Positions 13,021-27,120 of a stretch of 64,000 nucleotides of DNA are shown piece by piece. Origin of the DNA: Octopus sinensis. Lineage: Eukaryota. Both the position numbers and the translations under genes were made by a program. The notes below the pieces were generated by a model that was given only the letters and a program-made list of their open reading frames with translations, was not told where the DNA came from and did no database searches. Where the stretch lies: NCBI RefSeq assembly GCF_006345805.1, contig NC_043003.1:14880001-14944000 (forward strand). The letters run 5' to 3'. How positions within the stretch are numbered: position 1 is the first letter of the stretch; each line of letters opens with the position of its first letter.

Positions 13021-13343
13021 TAGTAACTGGGATTATTAAATTTCGTTTGTGAATAAATATAAACTTGATAAAAGAATGTATTTGAATACAATGGAATTAA
13101 ATTTTGTAAAGTGGGGGGACCAGCCACTGATTGAACTCATGAACATAAATCACAGTTTTAAAATGTTTGAGAATTGAATAAATTTCAGTAAATAAGCACA
13201 GGTGAGGCTGTGGGATTTAGAAGCTAGTTTTCGAACCGTGTGGTCTTGGGTTCAATCTCATTGCATGGCACCTTGGGCAAAAATCTACTTATAGCCCGGG
13301 GCTGACCTAATACTGTGAGTGGAAAGAAACACATCCATTTCTT

Positions 13344-13385
<42 letters not shown>

Positions 13386-13441
13386 AATCTAACTTTCTAT
13401 CTATTTATCTATCTATCTATCTATCTATCTATCCATCTATC

Positions 13442-13488
<47 letters not shown>

Positions 13489-13765
13489 TTGTATGTATGT
13501 ATGTATGTATGTATGTATGTATGTATATGTGTGTATGAGTTTGTGTGTATCCTTTTTTGACATCATGTGATGGTTGTAAATGAGCAACACCACTATACAA
13601 GTGAGGTTGTTTGCTTCTAGTCTTCCATGGAAAACATGTCTGGCCTTGGGAAAATATTACCATGCTTGGGAACAGAGTTGACAGCAGGAAGGAGATCCAG
13701 CCACAGAAAAATCTGTGTCAACAAATTCCAGCTGACCCATGCAAGTATGGAAGAGTGACTGTTAA

Positions 13766-13799
<34 letters not shown>

Positions 13800-16059
13800 C
13801 GACGACGACGACGACGATGACGATGATGATAATGATGATAATTACATTTTAACAGAAATAAACATTATATATATATATATATATTCATCATCATCATCAT
13901 CATTGTTTAACGTCTGTTTTCCATGCTAGCATGGGTTGGACGGGATATTATTAGATATATATATTCTTTTATTCTTTCAATCATTTGTCTGCAGCCATGC
14001 TAGAGCACCACCTTAGAAGGATTTTAGTGGAACAATTCAACCCCGAAACGTATTCTTTGTAAGCCTAATATTTATTCTATCAGTTTTTTTGTTGAACTGC
14101 TAAGTTACAGGAACGTAAACACACCAACATTGGTTATCAAGCAATGGCGGGGGAAACAAACATAGGCACAAAGACACACACACACATAAATATATACACA
14201 CAAACACACACACATATATATATATATAAATACAGTGTACATTTAAACACATAAGAAGTAGCCATCATAGGACTACCTGCACGCTAGAGAGGACAGTTAA
14301 ATTCCGAACCACTATTAGAGATAAAATATTGAAGGGAATGAAAAATAAAAATATTTACCATCTAACTCCTGGACCAATGGTTTCAGACTTTCTTTAGCAA
14401 ATAAAATAATTTGCTAGGTGAAGCCTTCTTCAGCAGATACACCTTAGATTAGATATATATATACACGAGGCAATCCAGTATATGCTCCATGCTTATACAT
14501 TCTAATATTTCAAGTCTCTCGTGCAAGTGCAGCTCCTTGTCGGCAGTAAATAATTATGCTGGCTTTTTCATTTCGAAAATTATACAAAAAATTATTTACA
14601 TGAATAATATATAGTCTATTGACAAAATGTTTACATGCTAGGCCGCTGGTAATGGAAATTTCTAATATTTCAGATTACCCTTTGATATTATTAATTATAT
14701 ATATAGATAATATATATATATGCATGGACGCTAAACGACGTTGATGATGATGATGATGTATACATACATATGTACATACTTACATATATATGTATATATA
14801 CATGAATATATGGGTACAGGATGTCAAAAAAACATGAACAAAACGAAAAATGAGAGCATAAAAAAACAAAAATATGGAAAACGAACATCTTCAAAACAAT
14901 GAATGAAACAAATAGAAAATCAAGACCGGCAACATAAAGAACAATCCCTTCATCATTTGTCTCCTGTTTTCGAAACAACAGGCTTCTTTCAGTTTCTTAT
15001 TTCTTTATTGCCCACTAGGGGCTAAACACAGAGAGGACAAACAAGGACACACAAACGGATTAAGTCGATTTTATTGACCCCAGTGCATAACTGGTACTTA
15101 ATTTATCGACCTCGAAAGGATAAAAACCAAAATCGACCTCGGCAGAATTTGAACTCAGAACATAAAGACAGACGAAACACCGCTAAGCATTTTGCCCGAC
15201 GTGCTAACATTTCTGCCAGTTCGCCGCCTTTCAGTTTCTGTCTACCAAATCCTTTCACAATGCTTTGGTTGGCCTGGCGCTATAGTAGAAGGCATTTGCT
15301 CAAAGTGCCACACAGTGAGACTGAACACGGAACCATGAAACGGGGAAGCAAGCTACTTACCACGCAGCCACTCCTGCACCTATATATCATCATCATCATC
15401 ATCATCATTGTTTAACATTCATCTTCTTTGTATTCATGGGTAGGATGGTTTATAGGAGCTGGCCAGGTAGAAAATGTACCCTAGGCTACTGTGTGTGTGT
15501 TTTGGCAGGGATTTTACGGCTGGATGCCCTTCCTAATGCCAACCATTCCATGTGTGTCTTTGTGTCAGTGTTTGTCCCCACTTCTGCTTGACAACCAGTG
15601 TTTTTTTACTTCCCCATAACTTAGCCATTTGGCAAAAGAGGCTAATAAAATAAGCATCAGGCTTTAAACCGTACTGGGGTCATTTCAGTCAACTAAAAAA
15701 TTCTGATATCAGGATAGAGATGACTAAGGGACTGCCTAATCGTCCCCACCACCACTGCCTGACAGCTGCTGTTGGTTTGCTTACATCCTTGTGACTTAGT
15801 AGTTCAGCTAAAGGAACTGATAGAACAAGTAGCAAACTTCAGAAAATAAAAACTGGGGTTGATTTGTTTGTCTCCTTGTAACTTAGCAGTTCAGCTACAG
15901 AGACTGATAGAGCAAGTAGCAGACTATAAAGAAATATAAGTGTTGGGGTTGATTTGTTTGGCTAAAACCCTTTACAGCAGTGCTCCAGCTTGGCCTCTGT
16001 CCAGAGACTGAAACAAATAAATGCTAAAAAAAAAAGGAAGAGAATTGAACTGCTTTGAA

Positions 16060-16470
16060 TAATGATTTCTTTTATATTTCAAAATTAAACAAGTTTAGGT
16101 TAAAAAATACTTTGAAATAGAATGTTTGGAAAGAAAATTCTAGAAGGAAAAAATTTACGATGAAAAATTCTAAGTGAAAAATTTTGCAATGGAAATTTAT
16201 ATTGAAGAGTTTACAATGAAAAATTTAAAATTAGATAGTTTAGCAAGGACAAAAAGTTTGAACGTAAAGTTTAAAATGAAAAATTTTGGCTTCAAAAGTT
16301 TTGAATAGAAAAAAAATTTACCATGAAAACATACATTGCAAAGTTAACAAAGAAAATTTTAAAGTTAAAATTTACAATATAAAGTTTGCAATGAGTTCTT
16401 TTTTTTCATGACAATATTACAATGGAATATTTATAACGTAAAGTTTAAAACAAAAATCAATGTGAAGTGA
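16060..16470. repeat. Cryptic A/T-rich short-period repeat
   Basis: Recurrent AA(A/G)TTT(A/G)CAATGAAA-like units such as AATTTACGATGAAA, AGTTTACAATGAAA and AAGTTTGCAATGAG. Confidence 0.55.
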
Positions 16471-16841
16471 CGTGAGAAAAGTTTACAATTTTGGCAGTGC
16501 CCCGTTCTGCTGGCAGAATCCAAAGTATGATGGCTGTGTCCCAATATGATTGCAGTGCCCTAGTATGGTTGTGGCCCACTGGCTGGAACTAGTCAAAGAA
16601 TTTTTAAAGAATGAAGAAATTGCAGCAATCAATAAGTTTAAATGAAACTTTAAAACAAAAGGTGTTGGAGTGGCTGTGTCGTAAGTAGCTTGCTTACGAA
16701 CCACATGGTTCCAGGTTCAGTCCCACTGTGTGGCACCTTGGGCAAGTGTCTTCTACTATAGCCTCGGGCCGACCTAAGTCTTGTGAGTGAAAGCCTGTCA
16801 TATATATGTGTATATATGTATGTATGTATGTATGTATGTAC

Positions 16842-16886
<45 letters not shown>

Positions 16887-18261
16887 GTATGTGTATATGT
16901 TTGTGTGTCTGTGTTTGTCCCTCAACATCGCTTGACAACCGATGGTGGTGTGTTTACATCCCCGTAACCTAGCAGTTCGGCAAAAGAGACCAATAGAATA
17001 AGTACTAAGCTTCCAAAGAATAAGTTCTGGGATCGATTTGCTTGACTAAAGGCAGTGCTCCAGCATGGCTGCAGTCAAATGACTGAAACAAGTAAAAGAT
17101 AAAAAAGAAATATACATATATATATATATATATACATACATGTACATATATATACATATATATACATATATATAATATTTATATTCATATTCAATAAAAG
17201 CACACAAAACAGCAAGGATTAAAATAATAACGTGTACTTTTACTTTTAACACATTCCTGCACACTAGAATGCGAATGCCATTCAATATAGAATTTTGTCT
17301 CAGAGAACAAATTCTTCCCAATAGACTTTGTGTATAAAATCACAGCTGTAAATGACAGCTTTACTGTTTTGCATATTGGAACAGAAGTTTCTCGTTGGCT
17401 CCAAATGACCAGGTCGGCGTCTGTCAATAAGGAAGCAAATTTCTGCTGAAACATAGTGTCTCATAGTTCACTGCTGTTGCTTGGAACTTGGATGTTTCCA
17501 CACGTAAAATTATAGAAGATGAAATTTATTCTTCAAGACAAAAAAAAAAAAATCCCTCAATGAATACTATTGACATTATTCTAGTGAGCAGGAATCATCA
17601 TCATTATCACCACCACCACCACCACCACCACCACCATCATCAACACCATCATCACCATCATCATCACCATCATCGCCATCATCACCATCATCGCCATCCC
17701 CACCACCACCATTATCATCAGCAGCATCATAGAGGTGTCACCTGGAGTAAGCCATACCCCCACCATGATCTCGCTGTCGCCACCAAGCCCTCACCACATC
17801 CCCATCACGATTCCACCATGCCTCCACAATGCCCCCACCATGCACCCCCACACTGCCACCACACACCCCACCATGCCCTAATGCCTTGCAATACTATTGC
17901 TTTCACTTCTTTCTTAAAACTGGAACTTGTAGCTGTAGTCTGTGTCTCGCAGAGAGAAAGACTCTGATGGAATACATGATGATTAAACTTTCTCTGCTGA
18001 ATCAAGAACCCATTCAGAGTTTCACAATATTCTTATTTATATGAATCATTAATATCCAGGTTAACAATAAATAGCAACTACCAGCTGAGGTTCTTTTTTA
18101 GTTTGTGTATGACTTATCACTATCTGACCACCACCACCACCACCACCCTCCTCCATCTACCTGTACAGGTCTGAGTGCTGGACCCTTTACCAGTGCCAGA
18201 TCAGACAACTAAAAGTGTTCCAAATCAGATAGCTCCAAAGTATCCTTGCTCTCATGTGAAG

Positions 18262-18620
18262 GACAAGGTACCTCATACCAAAATCCTCTTGAGGGCTGAG
18301 ATCTACAGCACAGAGGTCTGCATGTTTTGTTGTCTCCTCTACTGCACTGGCCATATGATTTGAATGCTTGGTAACAGGTTCCCAAAGACGGTCCTCTTCA
18401 ATGAGATCGAGACTGAAAGCAGGTCCTGTGGGAGTCCAAAACTTTGTTTTCATGATCACCTCAAGTGGGTGCTCATTTTATTCAGTGTCCCTCCTACGTG
18501 TTTGGAGCCCCTGGCTGTTAATTTGAAGGATTGGAGGTCTGTATATGATTCTGGAGTATGATGCTCTGAAACGAAACACAGGACATGGCGTGAAGAGAGG
18601 AGGAGACATTGTCATCAACC
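18262..18620 (+). mobile_element. RTE-clade LINE 3' fragment
   Basis: DKVPHTKILLRAEIYSTE..TGHMI / MLGNRFPKTVLFNEIETESRSCGSPKLCFHDHLK..LEPLAVNLKDWRS, the typical RTE C-terminal pattern. Confidence 0.75.
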
Positions 18621-18735
18621 CCACCATGACTATTGCTCAGAGTCTCTTTCAGTGCCCTTAGTGTCACTGATTCTGCTTATCTCATATCAGCCTTATCAGC
18701 CACATCCCCTCTCATGAGAAATGATGGGCTGGAGG

Positions 18736-19413
18736 CAGGGTCAGGTTAAGAGCCCTAGAGGCCCTAAGCACTTAAAAAAGATTTTGGTGCCCCCATATGT
18801 AATTCAAAATATTTTGTTTGTCCCTTCTTGAGCTACGCCTGGCTCATAATGGCTGGTTTCCTGGTTTCTTTGGCATATAGATTCCCCACCTGGATGGACA
18901 CCAGTCCATCACAGGTGAGCTGTAAGATGCAGGAGGAAAGAGTGAGAGAAAGTTGTGGCAGAAGAGTCAGCAGAAGTTTGCCATTACCTTCTGCCAGAGT
19001 CATGTGGAGCATAGGTGCTTCGCTCATAAACACACACATCGCCTGGTCTGAGATTCGAACCCGTGATCTCTCAACCGCGAGTTCGCTGCTCTAACCACTA
19101 GGCCATGTGCCTCCACTAATTCAAAATATAAACAATACTAAACTATAAAAATTTTTCAAAATGAAACAAAAACAATAGAAAAAGGAAAAATAATGTTTTA
19201 TTTTGACACTCTCTTTACTCTTTACTCTTTTACTTGTTTCAGTCATTTGACTGCGGCCATGCTGGAGCACCGCCTTTAATCGAGCAACTCGACCCCGGGA
19301 CTTATTCTTTTGTAAGCCCAGTACTTATTCTATCGGTCTCTTTTGTCATAAACACACCAGCATCGGTTGTCAAGCAATGCTAGGGGGACAAACACAGACA
19401 CACAAACACATAC

Positions 19414-19461
<48 letters not shown>

Positions 19462-19826
19462 GACAGGCTTCTTTCAGTTTCCGTCTACCAAATCCAGTCA
19501 CAAGGTTTTGGTCGGGCCGAGGCTATAGCAGAAGACACTTGCTCAAGCTGCCATGCAGTGGGACTGAACCCGGAATCATGTGGTTCGTAAACAAGCTACT
19601 TACCACACAGCCACTCCTGCACCTGAAAGAGTCAGCAGAAGTTCGCCATTACCTTCTATGAACACTTTGAAATTATATTTCCAATCATATAAACCAATCA
19701 AATATTACTTTAGCAAGTTTGAAGGGATTTTTGTGCTGTAAACCATTTACCATTTCTGTGGCGGCCCCTCTTTCCCTTGATGCCCTAAGCAGGTGCTTAT
19801 TTTACTTAATGGTTAACCCAGCACTG
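18736..19826. mobile_element. Non-autonomous hAT-type element with two nested SINEs
   Basis: Exact 8-bp TSD GCTGGAGG at 18728-18735 and 19827-19834. Imperfect TIRs CAGGGTCAGGTTAA and TTAACCCAGCACTG. Confidence 0.75.
18813..19116 (-). mobile_element. tRNA-headed SINE with intact 13-bp TSD
   Basis: TAATTCAAAATAT at 18800-18812 and 19117-19129. Minus-strand head GGAGGCACATGGCCTAGTGGTTAG..GGGTTCGAATC. Confidence 0.85.
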
Positions 19827-22800
19827 GCTGGAGGCAGAGGAAGATGAATGTCTTGAATCAACGTGGCTATCACCTTTGATGGATTGTCAGAAGCAGCAAG
19901 CATGTCTGCAATATGTTCACAAAGAAACTGAAGCAAAATATTTAATTCAAAATGACCTAAATCAACTAATTTCGCTAAGTGCAGATTGTTCTTTAACCAC
20001 GTGTCAGGCCTAATTGATTAAAACTATGAGCAAGAGCATCCTAGCCATGACTCTCTTGTGGTTTTGCTTCGTATAGCGAGGTATATGTTGATAATATCTT
20101 ACATTTCCAAAGAATATTTAAGGGAATTTGGTTGCTATTACTAGCAAGTTCAGTGGCCATGGCACAGCTCCCTAGGCACAGGGTACTATTACCACTGCTG
20201 AGGCCCCCTTCGGTCATGCTTGACCATGGAATTGCACCTAGAAAGTTACCCTCCGAGGCACATGTCTGGGCAATGCTGTTTATGGAAGACCAGCAGTCGC
20301 CCATGCATACCAGCCTCTCCTCTCCACGTCACTGATGTCAGCCAAGGGAAAGGCAAAGGGGCCGATACAGCTTGGCACCAGTGACGTCGCAACTCATATC
20401 TACAGCTGAGTGAACTGGAGTGACGTGAAATAAAGTGTCTTGCTCAAGAACACAACACGCATCCCAGTCCAGGATTCGAACTCACAGCCTCACAATCGTA
20501 AGCTCGACGCTCTAACCACTGAGCTATGCGCCTTCGCTAACTATTACCACTAGTTAGTATATTAAAGCTGCTGTAGTAAGTGGTATCACTGTAATTATGA
20601 AGAGTGTTTTGTTAGTTTGCAGACAGCTCAGCACTTTAAATCATCAATGGTGTAGACTGATTTTTTTTCTTTTTGCGATGAGTGAAAGCGGAAAGGAAAG
20701 ATATATCAAGACTACTGCCATGTTGAAAAGACAGTGAGGTAAAATGCTTAATATAAACACCAAGAGATAATGGGTAGTGGACGATCGATAAAGTGCTTGA
20801 AGCTGTCTCTTTGAGACAGCATTTTGGGGAGACCTGTAATCATCATCATCATCATCATCATCGGCAGCACCACCATGATGACGATGATCATCCCCATCAA
20901 TAGCACCATCAGCAGCAGCAGCAACAGGACCATCAGCAACAGCGGCAGTGTCATCATCATCATCGTCATCATCATCATCATTATCATCCTCATCATCATT
21001 ATCATCATCATCATCTTTATCGGCATCACCACCATGATGACGATGATAATCATCATCATCGACAGCAGCAACATCAGCAGCAGTGGCAGTATCATCATCA
21101 TCATCACCATCCTCCTCCTCATCATCAGCATTACCACCACCACATCACCCCCACCCCTACCACCATCATTACCACCACCACCCATGTCACCACTGCCGTC
21201 ATCATCATCATCCTCATCATCATCATCATCATCGGCAGCACCACCATGATGACAATGATCATCATCGTCAATAGAGGCAGCAGCAGCATCATCAACATCA
21301 TCATCTTCACCCTCCTCCTCCTCATTATATTCATCACCAGCATTACCACCACCCCCATCACCATCGCCACTGCCACCATCATCACCACCACCACCCCTGC
21401 TGCCACTGCCACCACCATCATCATCATCATCATCGCTTAACATCTGTGTTCCATGCTAGCATGGATTGGACAGTTCATTTGACTGCAGCCATGCTGGTGC
21501 ATTGCCTTTAGTCAAACAAATTGAGCCCAGGACCTATTCTTTTTGCCGAACTGCTAAGTTATGTGGATGTAAATACACCAACATCGGTTGTCAAGCAAGG
21601 GTGGGGGACAAACACAGACACACAAACACACACACACACATATGCATATATACGACAGGCTTCTTTCTGTTTCCATCTACCAAATCCACTCACAAGGCTT
21701 TGGTCGGCTTGGGGCTATAGTAGGAGATACTTGGCCAAGGTGTCACACAGTGGGACTGAACCCAGAACCATGAGGTTGGGAGGCAAGCTCCTTACCACAC
21801 AGCCACTCCTGCACCTGTTTTAAGGAATAGACATCCAAAGGAGCATCACTGTCATACAGACAGTGCCGTTCCTTTCCTGTCTCCCATGCAAAAACATGTC
21901 TGGCCATGAGAAAATATTTCCTTGCTTGGGAGCAAGTGAGGGTTGGCAACAGGAAAGGCATTCATCATCATCATCTTCATCATCATCATCATCATTTAAC
22001 TCCGCTTTCCATGCTAGCATGGGTTGGACGATTTGACTGAGGACTGGTGAACCAGATGGCTGCACCAGGCTCCAGTCTGATCTGACAGTTTCTGCAGATG
22101 CCCTTCCTAACTCCAACCACTCCGAGAGTGTAGTGGGTGCTTTTACATGCCATCGGTACGAGGGCCAGTCTGGCGGTACTGGCAACGGTCACGCTCAAAA
22201 TTGTTATTTTTTACATGCCACCTGCACAGGAGTCAGTCCAGCAGCACTGGCAATGACCTCGCTCAAATGTTTTGTTCACGTGCCACCAGCACAAGTGCCA
22301 GTAAGGCGACACTGGTAATGATCACACTCAAATGGTGCTTTTTATGTGCCACCAGCTCTGGCAGTGATCCTGCTTGGATGGAGCTGTTAGCGCTCCACTG
22401 GCATGGGCACCAGTCATCGAATTTGAGAAAAAAAATCTGCTTCAACAGATCTCCTCTGACTCATGCAAACAGGGAAAAGTGGACATTAAACGATAATGAT
22501 ACTGATGCTGATAAGGATGATGATGATGATGATAATGATGAGGATGATAATAAAGATAATGATGAGGAGGTGGATGGTGATGATGATGAAGAAGAGAAAT
22601 GGATAACATATTTTGAAAGGAATTGTAATAAAGTAGGAATTTAGATAAGATGTGTGGTGAATCACAAGATTGCCATTTTGTGAAAAAAAAAAAAGAAAAG
22701 AAATGACTATTTTATCTGACATGTGCAGTAATAAGATAACCTCCACAGAGTCGTTTGAGCAGTTGGAAATAGCAGACAAATTTCCCTCAAATGATATGCT

Positions 22801-23879
22801 ATCACTGGAATGATATATTGGATACCATAAAACCGGGGAAAAAAAAAGAGAGAGAAAGAGAGGACAAGAATGATCACAAGAGGAGTGGAACATTGTTAAT
22901 TGTATAAGCCTACCTGTTTAGGGACAACCATGGGTTAAACAACAACAACAAAAGCCTAAGCAACAACTGTCTTCTATGACTGGAGATTCTAAGCTATTTG
23001 CAGCAAGTTAATAATCTTGAAGCATAAAATGAAGGATAACCTTGAATGAAAAATTCCCTTATCAAAAGTGGTCGAATCAATAAACCGCCATTAAACATAA
23101 ATTTGTTTTTCCATCTCACAAATTGTATATATCGAAGAATGAAAGGACACGTCACTCTCAGTGAAAACGGCTACTTCCCAAGGAAATCTTAAATCATTTT
23201 CGTCTCTGTTTATATGAAATGAAAACGAAGGATTCCAACCATAATGCATTAAAGGTTTGAATACAATCAGCTGAGGACTGCTGAAAGAACGAACATTAAA
23301 ATTAAAACATACACTGTCAACTTTGAAGAGTTTGCTGAAGCTGTGAAAAAGCTGCATAATTGAAAGATGTTAGGAAAAGAACTAATACTTGGAGATTTTG
23401 GAGATATTTCTATGAGATGTTGATGCTGTTCACAAGGCCACACGTCTTTATATTTATAGAGTTTATAGTTGGAGAAATTGATATTGCAAATTGGCTTGCT
23501 ATAAGCAAGGATAAATGTCTTGTTGTGAATAACAGAAATACTCGCTTGGTACAAAAATGAAAGGTCGCTTGCTTGTTGAAACAATCTTTTAGCTTTTACT
23601 TGCTTCAGTCATTAGCGGAATCACGTGGCTTCGTGGTCGGGGCGTTGGACTCATGATTGTAAGAGTGTGGTTTCGATTCCTGGAGCGGGTGAAGTGTTGT
23701 CTTCTTGAGCAAAACACTTCATTCCATGTTGCTCCAGACCACTCAGCTGGCAAAAGTGATTATTCATGTGAGGGAGTGGTATCTCATCCAGGGGGTGGGG
23801 GATATATACACCAAAGAAATTGAGAAACCAGCTTTATGGGAAAGATCACAGTTTTTATTTTTGTATTTCAGTCATTAGA

Positions 23880-24453
23880 CACCGACCAAAAAGCAAAATT
23901 CATCAAAAGAAGCTGATGGCGTGTTTTTGGTGGTCTGGTGCAGGTGTGATCCATTATGATTTCATTAAACCTGCCTCATCAATCATGGCCAAAGTATACT
24001 GCAGCCAACTGGACCAAATGATATGGAAACTTACAAAAAAAACAGCCTACATCAGTCAACAGATCCACTCCTGTTTTATTGCAAGACAACGCCAGACCAC
24101 ACATCGCACAAATGACATTGGTGAAACTACAGGAGTTGGATTTGGAAGTTCTCCATCATCCACCATACTCACCTGATTTTGCCCCCACTGACAACCACTT
24201 CTTCCAGAATTTGGATAACTTTTTGATAGGAAAAAAATTTAATTCCGACAATGCTGTAAAACAGGCCTTCCAAGATTTTATTGACTCTAGATTGCCAGGC
24301 TTTTACAGTTCTGGGCTGGACTAGCTACCACTGAAATGGAAAAAGTGTATTGACAGTATGGGTGCATACTTTGATGAATAAAACTATTCCTTGTGTTTAT
24401 AAGACATTAGCAAACTTTTTTCTTTTCTACAAATTTCATACTTGACAACTTAA
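23880..24453 (+). mobile_element. mariner (DD34D) transposase 3' half with right TIR
   Basis: KKLMACFWW..GVIHYDF, QDNARPH and HPPYSPDFAPTDNHFF motifs, with frameshifts. The TIR-like end ..GACAACTTAA is followed by TA. Confidence 0.9.
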
Positions 24454-25273
24454 TAATACTTTAAGCATGATACACAGATGGTGCTTCAATTTTGTACAAT
24501 TCAACACCTCTCTCCTCATCTCTTCCTGTGTGGCCTTCCTCCATAGCCCCATCTCTCTTTTCTTCAATAGCTATCATGATTCTTTACCATTCTTACCTAT
24601 TTCTCCCTTTCTTTCCCCTCCTGTCATCCATTCATTTCTGCCCTTATAATACAGCATCACCCCCTACACAATTCACCTGATCCCACTTCCACTCTGTCTC
24701 TCCCTTTCTCATTAGCACCTGTCATTAATCCCTTTCCTTTCCCCTGTTCCTTACCACACTCCCTTCTCCAGCAGTGTCTGCTCTGTTACTCTTTCCTCTA
24801 CTAGCCTCTTGCAACTATGAATCTGTTCCTTTTACTTTACTGTCCCTTATCACCCCCATCTAGAATCATTACACAGCTACCTCTCTTCTATTAAAACTAC
24901 AGGGGCCTCAGGGTCCTTAATCTTGCAAGTTGTGTAGTGACTTTATTAGTGAGGGTGCCAATACAAAAAAAAAACCACCCAACACACTCCCTAAATTGGT
25001 TGGCATTACAAAGTGCATCCATCCATGGAAACCCTGCCAAAGGAGTCACTGGAGCATGACACAATCTTCTACCTTGTCAGATCTTGTCAAACCTTCCAAT
25101 CCATGCAGCACTGGATTAACCATACAGCAAAATAAGCATGTGCTTAGGGTATCAACGGAAAGGGGAGGCACCACAGAAATGGTAAATAGTTTAAGGCACA
25201 AAAGAAATCAATCTAAATTTGGTAAAATAATATTTGGGATGCCTTATCTCTTGTATAGAAGATGCATTACATA

Positions 25274-25985
25274 TCAGGTCATCCCATAAGTTCTGTCCGA
25301 TTTTACCTTTTTTAAAATTGAATGAAATTTAATAGTATTTTAGAATGTCTAATGGAATTAAAAATTATTTTTATGCATTTGTGTACATTTAAACTAATTA
25401 AATATTATTTTACAGAAAAATAGAATTAAAATTTCCTTGATTAACACCCTTTCTAACATGGAAGTATCCAAAGAGCATTTGAGGCACATAATGCTTTATG
25501 AGTACAAAAAAGGAAACTCTGCAGCCGAAGCGACTCGAAACATACACTCAGTTTATGGGAAAGAATGCTTGAATGAAAGAACTTGCAGAAAATGGTTTGC
25601 AAAATTCAGAAGTGGAGATTTCAGCCTTGAAGAGGAAGATCGAACAGGACATCCAGTTGAGTTTGATAAGCTCCTTGAGACATTACTTGAAGAAAATCCT
25701 GCATTATCAGTTGAAGAATTGGCAATAAAGTTTAGTTCAAACCATACAACTGTTCATCGTCATCTTCAACAACTTGGAAAGCTTCCTAAACTTGGAAAAT
25801 GGGTACCTCATGAATTGTTCGAAAGCAACCGCAAATTCCGAGTTGACATCTGCTCTTCTCTCCATTCTCGCGAACTCATTTCACCCTTTTTGGATAGACT
25901 TGTGACTGGTGATAAAAAATGGATCTTCTATCGAAATGTTAAATGTCGTAAACAGTGGCTTGGTAAAAGGGAAAAAGCTCAGTCT
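25274..25985 (+). mobile_element. mariner transposase 5' half with left TIR
   Basis: TA, then TCAGGTCATCCCATAAGTTCTGTCCGATTT. The open frame from ATG 25458 reads MEVSKEHLRHIMLYEYKKG..GKWVPHEL..LVTGDKKW and is cut off by a SINE tail near 25987. Confidence 0.9.
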
Positions 25986-26149
25986 AATACATGCCAGCAT
26001 AGAAAATGGATGTTAAATGATAATGATGATGGGAGCACAAAAATCTTGTAAGTGATTAGGGCCTCTATGGGTCTTAATCCAGCCCTGAACCCATGCCAGT
26101 TTGGAGGATGAACATTAAATGATGACAATGATGTATATTGGTTTAAAAT

Positions 26150-27120
26150 TCTGGCACAAGGCCAGCAATTTCAGGGGAGGGAGTAAGTTGATTGCATCAA
26201 CCCCAGTACTCAACTGATACTTATTTTATTGACCCCAAAAAGATAAAAGACAAGGCCAACCCCCAGTGGCATTTGAACTCAGAACAGAAAGATACATGAA
26301 ATACTGTTAGGCATTTTGCTCAGCATGCTAATGATTCGGCCATCTCGCTGCCTTAATAACAATAATAATCCTTTCTACTGAAGGCACAAGGCCTGAAATT
26401 TGTGGGGAGGGGACTTGTCAATTACATCGACCCTAGTACTCAACTGACACTTATTTTATCCACCCCAAAAGGATGAAAGGAGGGAAGTCGATTAGATCGA
26501 CTCCAGTATGCAACTGGTACTTAATTTATCAACCCCCAAAAGAATAAAAGGCAAAGTCGACCTCGGTGAAATTTGAACTTAGAACTTGAAGACAGACAAA
26601 ATACCGCAAAGCATTTTGTCCAGTGTGCTAACGTTTCTTATTTCTTTATTGCCCACAAGGAGCTAAACATAGAGGGGGCAAACAAGGACAGACAAAGGGA
26701 TTAAGTCAATTACATTGACCCCAGTGCATAACTGGTACTTAATTTATCAACCTCGAAAGGATGAAAGGCAAAGTTGACCTCAGTGGAATTTGAACTCAGA
26801 ACGTAACGCATATGAAGTACCACTAAGCATTTCACCTGGTGTGCTAACATTTCTGCCAGCTCGCCACCTAAGAAATATTATATATTTATTTCTTTATTGC
26901 CCACATGGGGTTAAACATAGAGGGGACAAACAAGGACAGATAAAGGAATTAAGTCGATTACATCGATCCCCAGTGCATAACTGGTACTTATTTAATCAGC
27001 TCCGAAAGGATAAAAGGCAAAGTTGACCTCAGCAGAATTTGAACTCAGAACATAACGGCAGACGAAATACCGCTAAGCATTTCACCCGGCGTGCTAACGA
27101 TTCGGCCAGCTCGCTGCCTT
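26150..27120 (-). mobile_element. Head-to-tail array of four SINE units (central domain resembles the Meta domain)
   Basis: Four B-box-bearing ATTTGAACT(C/T)AGAAC motifs near 26271, 26571, 26788 and 27037, each with ACTGGTACTTAATTTATC..GGATGAAAGGCAAAGT-like sequence. Confidence 0.75.

Noticed and set aside
14930-14975. Minus-strand ATGATGAAGGGATTGTTCTT resembling a hammerhead start
   Set aside because: It lacks C3 and is not followed by GAAA.
23880-25985. The two plus-strand mariner halves as one element or a domesticated SETMAR-like gene
   Set aside because: The C-terminal half lies upstream of the N-terminal half, each has its own TIR, both are disrupted, and there is no SET domain.
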